Source: Alphaproteobacteria bacterium
Lineage (GTDB): Bacteria > Pseudomonadota > Alphaproteobacteria > RF32 > CAG-239
Assembly (NCBI GenBank): GCA_045613125.1
Contig: JAZLAM010000020.1
Location: 4,782 to 68,781, forward strand
Direction: 5' to 3'
Length of the DNA stretch: 64,000 bases
Both the position numbers and the translations under genes were made by a program. Under the pieces are notes generated by a model that saw nothing but the letters and a program-made list of their open reading frames with translations, was not told the DNA's origin and did not search any database. Position 1 is the first letter of the stretch; the number at the start of each line of letters is the position of its first letter. This document shows positions 11,501-18,380 of this stretch, in pieces.

Positions 11501-12019
11501 GAAGATGATTCTTATAGTGGTAATGGACAGTCAAATGTGAATGTTTGCATTGAAAAGGAAGTCGGTTCTATTATTCCTGAAGAATGGGGTAAAATTATCG
11601 GCGCAGGTATTTCAGCTGTTCCGGCAGATGATGTAAATGGTACTTATGCTAAAAAGTGCTTGTGTATCAGGACTGAAAACGGAGCTGTTTCTGTTGTTTT
11701 TGACATGAACTCTACTGTTCCTACTGTAGAACAAATTCTGGGAGGTAACTTTGTAGTAGGTGATTATGATGCAACATACAACAGTGGTGTGTATACTAAT
11801 GGTGAATGGGAGCCAGCAATTGCTAAGGATTTGAGTGATCGTATTGCATATTATCAAGGTGAAACTTGTATGCGTAATATTCGTCACACTACTTTGCAAC
11901 GTTGGAATTGGAGAAATGGTAATATGTCAACAGTTGTTGATGGTTATGTATTCTCAGTTTCCAACAATGGAACCATTACAATTATGTATAATGGACAATC
12001 TGTTATGCAAATGCGTTAA
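8540..12019 (+). CDS. large repetitive surface lipoprotein (1159 aa), Asn/Tyr/Ser/Thr-rich, internal repeats
   Basis: Signal peptide with lipobox-like FISSSC. Three divergent ~200-aa repeats, each containing motifs such as EYEFVFNEGE..VAKS.Y and FYFDVE. Then two ~97% identical 192-aa repeats and a unique ~150-aa C-terminal domain. No known catalytic motif. Confidence 0.6.
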   Translation: MAKIKTFAAVVLCAVMFISSSCEEQMESTYVGFSEGIKSTNMKYESMEYIVKFDTIVNELFTVEQNVLGDIVEYENDQAIDVSSFFYELDLNVKFNVEPQQVYVLKKEQLSSVAMTSSNVADKVVKDSTEDDFTLTSVGCEYEFVFNEGEKVVAKSVYEKVSHMDTTFSYAEISRVSYKKSDSKLDEVKTNEDSIVHDVNFYFDVEMIIKRDTDETRTYVVRVPVERIYMEELAEAVTEIKDLEYKGKFAVRESELYTVEQYDLGYYVTTLKDKEVTRKMFKYDLDLNVKFDINPKKVTVDSPNKLTDVALKSATAGDEVKQEINQDEFTKATVERDYEFVFNEGEVVTAKSLYQYLYNKDMTFAYAEIRSVTYKRYDTSPNPNSSEDVKIYDIDLYFEVDIEGKEGANIDGKYEVVVSYQRVYEVPDTPVSETVIENVEYVGQFDTITKKLFTVRQEVNGDFVTYTQNNEEISKEHFERKLNLEAIFDIPAVVYVNSEQELADVSLTSSSKDGNKETKSSSDGFTTITRSQNYNFKFNCNENVVSATEYDRETYGDTLLIYSSIDNITYKNCNVEKNEAKSNVDSTVYDVMLYFNVNVKRHVKTTSKTHLVAVPYARVLKHVAKDTLVKKNYRDVRRKILSSTTELVSFTEYEIWSVSGEKNAKTISKVLNFGFTNPSNQTVYTTNTNYKTMSNGSVEGKETSSKDGNWTVYTQTNNYSSTADNGNKSFNNKYSYNSQKAIYTNEHYTVEFAYGNWSVNEGSSNVGSKNGETTYNGNAYEVYPYVNNVSYTYDVEDDSYSGNGQSNVNVCIEKPEEDILVAINYRDVRREILSSTTELVSFTEYEIWSVSGAKNAKTISKVLNFGFNNPSSQTVYTTNTNYKTMSNGSVEGKETSSKDGNWTVYTQTNNYSSTADNGNKSFNNKYSYNSQKAIYTNEHYTVEFDYGSWSVSEGSSNVGSKNGETTYNGNVYEVYPYVNNVSYTYDVEDDSYSGNGQSNVNVCIEKEVGSIIPEEWGKIIGAGISAVPADDVNGTYAKKCLCIRTENGAVSVVFDMNSTVPTVEQILGGNFVVGDYDATYNSGVYTNGEWEPAIAKDLSDRIAYYQGETCMRNIRHTTLQRWNWRNGNMSTVVDGYVFSVSNNGTITIMYNGQSVMQMR
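10415..11566 (+). repeat. near-perfect tandem duplication, 2 x 576 bp (192 aa), inside the lipoprotein CDS
   Basis: aattatcgtgatgtaagaaga... at 10433 recurs at 11009 (offset 576 bp). Only scattered substitutions (e.g. K/E, E/A, T/N, A/D, N/S, A/V at protein level). Confidence 0.85.
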
Positions 12020-12040
12020 ATCTTTTCACATTATTAATTA

Positions 12041-12066
12041 CGGCGCCTTTACAGGCGCCGTTTTTG
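12041..12066 (+). terminator. rho-independent terminator
   Basis: cggcgcc tttaca ggcgccg hairpin, GC-rich in an AT-rich background, followed by T5. Confidence 0.7.
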
Positions 12067-12086
12067 TGTTAATAAAATTATAACAC

Positions 12087-12692
12087 TTAATCAGAGTGTT
12101 TTTTCCACTTATAAAAATAAACATAACAAAAATAGTCATTATCACAAGCATTATTACAAGCCTCTTTGATATCAGCTAATGTATAGCTTGTTTTAATCTC
12201 AAGATTATAAACGTTATCTGTAATTGTTGAGTATATAAAATTATGATCACCACTATAAGTTACAGCACTTATCGCATTATAATTAATCGGTAATGCAGTT
12301 TCCCAATGATGGGATAAAAAATCTACACAAAGATTTATACGATTACTTTCTCTAAAAGTTATTCCAAAGGCACCATAGCTTAATTGTATCTCACCACCAT
12401 TAGGAAGCGTACATTTATAAGACGCATCGCACAACGCTTTATCTACTATGCCTAATTTTACTGCATTTTGATTAGATATTTCTTCATCTTCGTCAGAGTT
12501 TTTTAACAACAATTCATTCAAGCCCATCAAAATATTAGAAACAATATCTACAGTTTTATTCATTTTTTGTTTGTACATGGCTTTAGAATAACCGGCAATG
12601 CCTCCAACTGACAAGACACCGATGATGGCCAAGACGCCAAGCATTTCTACCATACTTCTTCCGTCTTGATTGTTTTTAAATAATTTCATCAA
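12087..12692 (-). CDS. type IV pilin-like protein (prepilin-type N-terminal cleavage/methylation domain), orphan
   Basis: Class-III signal: short basic leader, cleavage-site Gly, then RSMVEMLGVLAIIGVLSV with Glu at +5. C-terminal Cys pairs (CDASYKC; CNNACDNDYFC) typical of a pilin D-region. SD aggag 8 nt upstream of the ATG. Confidence 0.6.
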   Translation of the reverse strand: MMKLFKNNQDGRSMVEMLGVLAIIGVLSVGGIAGYSKAMYKQKMNKTVDIVSNILMGLNELLLKNSDEDEEISNQNAVKLGIVDKALCDASYKCTLPNGGEIQLSYGAFGITFRESNRINLCVDFLSHHWETALPINYNAISAVTYSGDHNFIYSTITDNVYNLEIKTSYTLADIKEACNNACDNDYFCYVYFYKWKKHSD

Positions 12693-12722
12693 AAAAAACT
12701 CCTAAAAATGATATTTAGTCAA

Positions 12723-12749
12723 ATTATAAGTTTATTTTTTTTTTTGCAA
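12723..12749 (-). promoter_or_regulatory. putative pilin promoter: -35 TTGCAA, 15-bp spacer containing an A11 homopolymer, -10 TATAAT (minus strand)
   Basis: Minus strand reads cTTGCAAaaaaaaaaataaacTTATAATttgac about 40 nt upstream of the SD/ATG. The homopolymer is T11 on the plus strand at 12735-12745. Confidence 0.45.
12735..12745. repeat. homopolymeric T11/A11 tract inside the promoter spacer (candidate slipped-strand phase-variation switch)
   Basis: Counted directly from the sequence. Confidence 0.8.
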
Positions 12750-12956
12750 GCATTAAGTGTAGAACTTAGGGAAAAAAAGGTAAAAAAGTCGTTCTTCATC
12801 ACAAATCAGAGCCAAGTTTACTTGACTCTGAAGAGTATATTTTAAGGAAAATATATTCGATCGCTTGGATACTTCGTAAATAGCATTGGCTTAGACGAGG
12901 AAAAATTAAACATTATGAGGGGTTTCAAGGACGACAGGATTTATGTCGGTATAACG

Positions 12957-12982
12957 AAAAGGCTCTCAAAAGAGAGCCTTTT
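12957..12982 (-). terminator. hairpin terminator downstream of the fadL-family gene
   Basis: aggctctc aaaa gagagcct perfect 8-bp stem, with T-run on the minus strand side. Confidence 0.6.
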
Positions 12983-13024
12983 CTATAGAAATCCCTGTTT
13001 ACTGAGGATATCTATTTTACTTAA

Positions 13025-14269
13025 TTAGAATTTATAATTAAGTGATAAACCAAACAACTGAACAGAGTTAGAAAAATCTACTGAAGTTCTTGATGTGTCA
13101 TTTGGTGTAATATTTTGTGTATTCATATGCGCTTTGTGAGCATAAATATAAGTATAAGACAAATCAAAACTCAATTTTTCGTTGTATTGATAGTTAAGAC
13201 CTGTAGAATACCATAAGCGGTCAGAGTCCGGAATACGAGGAGTTCTGTGTTTTAAGCGAGCAGCAGCTTGATCATAAGCCAAACCTAAACGCCATTTCCA
13301 TTGATTATCAATTTGATAACTTGCACCAACGGCAAAGAAGTTTGTATCACGCCATTTTTCTTTAACTTGAGAAACTTGAGATTTTGTATCTTCTCCCATA
13401 ATCGTCAAGTAATCAAAAGAACTCCAAAATACACGTTGATATTCTGCCATAACAGCCCATTTTTCACTTACTTGGTGGAAAATGCCAATTGAAGCCATTG
13501 CAGGAGTTGTTAAGTGGGCACTGATATCTTGATTAAGCAAAATGCTAGGTGCTGAAGATTCAATTTCACCTTTTAATTTATGCTTAACTTCACTTCTGTA
13601 CCCCAAACCGATACGAGTATTATCGTTAAATTCATACAAAGCACCTAATTGATAACCGATATCAAATGTGTCACCTTCTAAACGAGTATGATATGTTCCA
13701 TATACAGTATTCGTTAATTTTGCTTTCATATATTGTAATTGAGCGCCAGCCCCTATTGATAATTTATCAGTTGCTTTATATGCAAGAATCGGAGTAACCG
13801 TAACGGAGGTAACTTTTGAAGTGATACCATGGTCAGAACCTGCCCAATTTTTATCATATTTTGTTACCATACCATAAGGAACGTTCATTGTAACACCTAA
13901 AAATGTTTTTTCATCAATCTGATGTGAAAAAGCCATATTAGGAGCAACTGCAGCATGCACAATGTTGTTTATATCAGAATCTCTATGTGTTTCACCACTG
14001 TTGTCTATATATTTAACATTTTCAGCTCTTGCTTTTGGAGCAATGTATGTCCCGCCAATGTTAAATTGAGTTCCGCTTTGTCTTGTTAAACCAGCTGCGT
14101 TAAAATAAGCATAAGAATTGTTTTCGGCACCTGCTGTTGCACCTGCAAAAGCGTTACCTTGAGCTGCGGCTGACTGTTCACGTAAATGGAAACCAGCAGC
14201 ATTTGCATTGGCAGCTAATAAAACAGTTCCCAATGCTGTTAAAGTCAAAAATTTATTCATATTATTCAT
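13025..14269 (-). CDS. fadL: outer-membrane long-chain fatty acid/hydrophobic compound transporter, FadL/OmpP1/TodX family
   Basis: Signal peptide ...ANANA followed by AGFHLREQSAAAQGNAFAGATAG N-terminal hatch motif. Beta-barrel-like alternating pattern and terminal aromatic residue (…NYKF). Confidence 0.8.
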   Translation of the reverse strand: MNNMNKFLTLTALGTVLLAANANAAGFHLREQSAAAQGNAFAGATAGAENNSYAYFNAAGLTRQSGTQFNIGGTYIAPKARAENVKYIDNSGETHRDSDINNIVHAAVAPNMAFSHQIDEKTFLGVTMNVPYGMVTKYDKNWAGSDHGITSKVTSVTVTPILAYKATDKLSIGAGAQLQYMKAKLTNTVYGTYHTRLEGDTFDIGYQLGALYEFNDNTRIGLGYRSEVKHKLKGEIESSAPSILLNQDISAHLTTPAMASIGIFHQVSEKWAVMAEYQRVFWSSFDYLTIMGEDTKSQVSQVKEKWRDTNFFAVGASYQIDNQWKWRLGLAYDQAAARLKHRTPRIPDSDRLWYSTGLNYQYNEKLSFDLSYTYIYAHKAHMNTQNITPNDTSRTSVDFSNSVQLFGLSLNYKF

Positions 14270-14579
14270 TCACTTTTTCTGTTAATCCAAAAGTAACTTA
14301 ATATGCATCAATACCTTATTTATTGTTTATTATAATTTTGTATATTTGCGGCATATTTGAAATAAATGTACATAATATGTTACTAGGGCCTTATAGACAA
14401 TAAAAAAACAAAATGCAAGTGTTAAAACCTATCCCCGTTGATAAAATTTTAAAAAATAAGTAAAAACAATATGTTATATGTAGCATTTTTTCGAGATATA
14501 CACTAGACTTTTTTTTATCTTTACAAAAAACAGTTTTTTGTATACAACACAATATATGTTGTAATAATGGAGAAAAACA

Positions 14580-16769
14580 TTGAATAAATTTATGAGATTC
14601 TGTTTAAGAATGCTGTTTACCTTATTTAAAAGCAGATGTAAAATTCGCTTTGATTTGAAAAAACTCCCTAAAAAGGGTGTTTATGTGTCTAACCATGTAT
14701 CTTATCTAGATCCGCTATTGTTATATGCTTTTTTGCCCGGCAATCCGGTATTTGCATTAAATGGACATTTATATCGTAGAGGCTGGATTAGAAATTTAAT
14801 GAAATATGCTGATACAATTCTTTTTAATCCGATTGAACCATCAGATATTAAAGAATTGATTGCAAAAGTTGACAGCAATCGTTTAGTTGTCATTTTTGCT
14901 GAAGGGCGTATTACTGAAAATGGTGGATTGATGAAAATCTACGAGGCTCCGGGGTTGGTTGCAGATAAATCAAAAGCTCCGATTATTCCTGTGTGGATTG
15001 ATGGCCCTCAATATGGGTATTATTCAAAGACAAAAGGAAAATTACCTCATCGTCCTTTGCCTAAAATACGCATTACGATTGGTGAACCGAGACCGTTTAA
15101 GTTAAAAGATGAGTTACGTCGTCAGCGTGATCACATTAGTAATGAAGTTTATACAATTTTGCGTGATATGCAGTTTGAAATTAACTATAAACCAAATATT
15201 TCACTGTTTGCACAATTAATGAAAACAGCTAAAGTACATTCTAAAAAAGGTTTCTTTTTTAAACGTCCGTTAGTTATTGAAGATATTAATCGCAAACCCA
15301 ATTCATTTAAAGATTTGATTATTAAATCTTTTGTCATTGGTAAATTTTTCAAAAAAAGAACTTCTCATTTTGAGCAAATTGGTTTGATGTTGCCAAATAC
15401 TATCGCTGCGGTTTGCACTTTGTTTGGATTATCTGCATATGAGAGAATTCCGGTAATGCTTAACTTTTCGGTTGGGGCAAAGAATGTTATGTCTATGTGT
15501 AAAACCGCACAGGTTAGGATGGTAATTACGTCTTTAGCGTTTGTTAGAACGGCAAAATTAGAATCGGTAATTGAAGTTTTAAAATCTAATGGTATAGAAG
15601 TCTTTTATTTAGAAAGCATGGCTAAGAAAGTTAGTTTAATTGCTAAAATAGGAGCTTTCTTGCGTTATAAAGTTAAACGTGTCCCACATAAAGATGGTGG
15701 AAATAAAAAGGCAGTTATATTGTTTACATCTGGTTCTGAAGGAGCTCCAAAAGCTGTTGTGTTGAGCCATGCCAATATCATATCTAATATAAAACAGTTG
15801 GCAGCGCTTGAAACACTTAATACTACGGATTTAGTGTTTAATGCATTACCGATGTTCCATAGTTTTGGTTTGACAGTAGGTACTTTGTTCCCATTATTTG
15901 AAGGTAGTAGGTTGTTCTTGTATCCATCTCCTCTACATTATCGTATTATTGCAGAATTAGTATATGAGCTAGGTGCAACCATTATGTTTGGAACAGATAC
16001 ATTCTTTAGAGGATATGGCAAGATTGCTCATCCTTATGATTTCCATAATATGCGTTTTATGTATGGTGGAGCAGAAGCTGTTAAATTGGATACTCGTAAT
16101 ATGTGGATGGAACGTATGGGAATAAGAATGATGGAAGCTTATGGTTCTACAGAATGCTCTCCTGTTGTTACCGGAAATAATAGTGTATTTAATAGGTTTG
16201 GTTCAATAGGTAAATTATTGCCGGCTATGCAGTATAAAATAGAACCAGTTCCTGGAATTGATAAAGGTGGAGAACTATGGGTCAAAGGTCCGAATGTGAT
16301 GTTAGGGTACTATATGCCTGATAATCCTGGGGTTTTGGTTCCTCCGGAAGATGGATGGTACAAAACAGGTGATGTTGTGGAAATAGATGAAATCGGTTTT
16401 GTATATATCAGGGATCGTATTAAACGATTTGCTAAAATCGGCGGAGAGATGGTTTCTTTAACGGCTGTGATGGATATGGTTGTGAAAGCTTATGAGTGGA
16501 TGGGACCGGATTTTGAATATGGTGTTGTTGCTATTCCGCATGAAAGTAAAGGCGAACAGATAGTTTTGGTAACAAATAATAAACAAGTTAAGCAAAATGT
16601 TCTGCACGAGTATGTTAAAAACAATGGTTTATCAGAGTTGTTTATGCCACGTATAATAATGTATCGAGATACTATACCAACATTTGCAACAGGTAAAACA
16701 GATAATATTACTTTAAAAAGAGAAGTTCTTGCCGAATTGGAACAACAAGATGTTAAAAAAGCAAGTTAA
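14580..16769 (+). CDS. aas: bifunctional 2-acylglycerophosphoethanolamine acyltransferase / acyl-ACP synthetase (Aas-like)
   Basis: N-terminal PlsC-type acyltransferase HX4D motif (SNHVSYLDP). C-terminal AMP-binding domain (TSGSEGAPKAV, YGSTE, GWYKTGD). Alternative ATG at 14592. Confidence 0.8.
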   Translation: MNKFMRFCLRMLFTLFKSRCKIRFDLKKLPKKGVYVSNHVSYLDPLLLYAFLPGNPVFALNGHLYRRGWIRNLMKYADTILFNPIEPSDIKELIAKVDSNRLVVIFAEGRITENGGLMKIYEAPGLVADKSKAPIIPVWIDGPQYGYYSKTKGKLPHRPLPKIRITIGEPRPFKLKDELRRQRDHISNEVYTILRDMQFEINYKPNISLFAQLMKTAKVHSKKGFFFKRPLVIEDINRKPNSFKDLIIKSFVIGKFFKKRTSHFEQIGLMLPNTIAAVCTLFGLSAYERIPVMLNFSVGAKNVMSMCKTAQVRMVITSLAFVRTAKLESVIEVLKSNGIEVFYLESMAKKVSLIAKIGAFLRYKVKRVPHKDGGNKKAVILFTSGSEGAPKAVVLSHANIISNIKQLAALETLNTTDLVFNALPMFHSFGLTVGTLFPLFEGSRLFLYPSPLHYRIIAELVYELGATIMFGTDTFFRGYGKIAHPYDFHNMRFMYGGAEAVKLDTRNMWMERMGIRMMEAYGSTECSPVVTGNNSVFNRFGSIGKLLPAMQYKIEPVPGIDKGGELWVKGPNVMLGYYMPDNPGVLVPPEDGWYKTGDVVEIDEIGFVYIRDRIKRFAKIGGEMVSLTAVMDMVVKAYEWMGPDFEYGVVAIPHESKGEQIVLVTNNKQVKQNVLHEYVKNNGLSELFMPRIIMYRDTIPTFATGKTDNITLKREVLAELEQQDVKKAS

Positions 16770-16797
16770 TGATGTTCTCAATCGTAATAAAGCACCT

Positions 16798-16827
16798 CTT
16801 TAAAGGTGCTTTATTTTTAGGTGGAAT
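16798..16827 (+). terminator. rho-independent terminator after aas
   Basis: aaagcacct ... aggtgcttt stem followed by T-run. Confidence 0.6.
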
Positions 16828-16856
16828 CTTTAATATTGTAATATATGTTATTTTTA

Positions 16857-16885
16857 ATTGCAAAACAGCTTTTTTTGTACTATAA
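16857..16885 (+). promoter_or_regulatory. near-consensus sigma70 promoter (TTGCAA, 17 bp spacer, TATAAT) for the Cys-rich protein gene
   Basis: Hexamers and spacing read directly from the sequence; ATG lies about 40 nt downstream. Confidence 0.5.
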
Positions 16886-16925
16886 TACTTAATAAGTTAG
16901 TTAAAATTGCACAAAGGGTGTACCT

Positions 16926-17474
16926 ATGAAATTGTTTGTTGCGCTATTTTTATTTATACTTCCGATAACAGCTAATGCTTCTAATTGCAAGGTGGGGTGT
17001 GTGGATATGCCCACGTGTGAAGATTTGGGATATTCTAAAACTATACGTTGTGGTAATGGTAGTGATGTTGTTTTATGCCCGTTTGATTCTTCATATAAAT
17101 GGTGCAAACAATATTCTTGTGAAGATGGTAAATATCGTTCATCTGCTCCTACTGGAGAGGAGGGGTGGAATTGTCCTGAGGTGAGTTATAATGGTTTAAA
17201 ATGTTATAATTGTTCATGTAAGCCTTCTGATGATTGTATATATAATAGCCAAAATAGAGGATCAGGAACTTTAAGTAATAGATGCTGTAATGGTAACTAT
17301 AAAAAATGTATAACTAATTGCCCAGGTAATGAAAAGTATCCAAAGAATTCTACACCGACTTATTCGGCCTGTTTAGATTGTGGCAAGACAATTATGTATA
17401 TAAGTGGTTTTACATGTAATGAAGGTTACGTAAAAAGTGATAATGGTGAGAGATGTGTAAACAAGCCATACTAA
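16926..17474 (+). CDS. secreted cysteine-rich protein (20 Cys in ~160 mature residues), EGF-like/knottin-like spacing, function unknown
   Basis: Signal peptide MKLFVALFLFILPITANA. Cys motifs such as CNEGYVKSDNGERC and CYNCSC. No enzymatic motif. Confidence 0.55.
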   Translation: MKLFVALFLFILPITANASNCKVGCVDMPTCEDLGYSKTIRCGNGSDVVLCPFDSSYKWCKQYSCEDGKYRSSAPTGEEGWNCPEVSYNGLKCYNCSCKPSDDCIYNSQNRGSGTLSNRCCNGNYKKCITNCPGNEKYPKNSTPTYSACLDCGKTIMYISGFTCNEGYVKSDNGERCVNKPY

Positions 17475-17550
17475 CCATTTCTTCTAAAAGCATTTAACAT
17501 AAGGTTTGATATATACGTATTTATTTGTGAAAACAGGATAAAAATTGTGG

Positions 17551-18210
17551 CTATTTGTTTTGCTCAGACAACCACTGTTTAAATTCTGATAGGCTGTGTA
17601 TTTCTGGAATCCATTTTAGATTTTCCGGTAAATCGGAAGTAAACTCACATCTGTATCTGATAGGGTGTGCACCAACGTTGATAGCTGCTGCTTGGTTATA
17701 TATACGATCATCGACTAATACTGTTTCTTCTGCTTTTAGACCATATTGCTTAAAACAAGCTTTTAACATATCTTCTTTTGCTGTATCATGCATGAATTTT
17801 CCATGTTGAACACATTCAATAACCAAAAAATCTTTTACATCTGCTAATAGATTGTTTAAAAATCTTTTTTTTGTTTCCACATCAAAAGTTGCAGACATTG
17901 TAAATTGGCGATATCCCATCTGATTTAGTTCTTTTAGAGTTTCGATTACATTAGGATACAAGGGGCGATTAGTAAAAAATTCAGGAGAATGGCAAAAGTC
18001 ATAATCTAATTCTGTACCGAGGGTTGGATGAGTTTTGAGCTCTAGAGCACCATATTTAGGGGAAATAGGTAATACTTTAGGCAATTCTTCCCATTTTATA
18101 TGACCAAACATCGGAGCATATTTAGGGTGTTTTGTTAAAAAGTTATAATAAGCAAAATTTAAGTTAGCTAAAACTCCGTCAACATCCCAAAATATATTTT
18201 TGATAACCAT
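17551..18210 (-). CDS. HAD-family 5'(3')-deoxyribonucleotidase-like protein (NT5C-like)
   Basis: HAD motif I FWDVDGVLA near the N-terminus. Start moved to MVIKNIF, which has SD ggag 7 nt upstream; the ORF-track start would translate the SD itself. Confidence 0.45.
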   Translation of the reverse strand: MVIKNIFWDVDGVLANLNFAYYNFLTKHPKYAPMFGHIKWEELPKVLPISPKYGALELKTHPTLGTELDYDFCHSPEFFTNRPLYPNVIETLKELNQMGYRQFTMSATFDVETKKRFLNNLLADVKDFLVIECVQHGKFMHDTAKEDMLKACFKQYGLKAEETVLVDDRIYNQAAAINVGAHPIRYRCEFTSDLPENLKWIPEIHSLSEFKQWLSEQNK

Positions 18211-18380
18211 TTTTTTCTCCGTATAAATCATTCATTCGTTGTCTACGATATAATAAATATTTTATTAAGTAAAGAACTTAATATTTTTGTTGTATAATGT
18301 TTATAATACTTGAAGTTTTATATTAAGTGGCGTAAAATTAACTCGAAAAATAATTTAATTAATTTAGGAGAATATATAAA

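Noticed and set aside
10415-11566. Direct repeats initially considered as a CRISPR-like or IS-related array
   Set aside because: The repeat unit is 576 bp, in frame, inside a continuous ORF, and has no spacer/repeat alternation. It is a coding tandem duplication, not a CRISPR array or mobile element.
12880-12990. Possible small RNA 3' end (GC-richer stretch ending in a hairpin aggctctcaaaagagagcct)
   Set aside because: The hairpin sits ~45 nt downstream of the fadL-family stop codon on the minus strand and is followed by a U-run on that strand. It is most simply the fadL terminator.
16975-17184. 69-aa ORF nested in the Cys-rich protein gene
   Set aside because: It lies in an alternative frame of a gene that has signal peptide, promoter and terminator support. 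Hydrophobic low-complexity translation; spurious.
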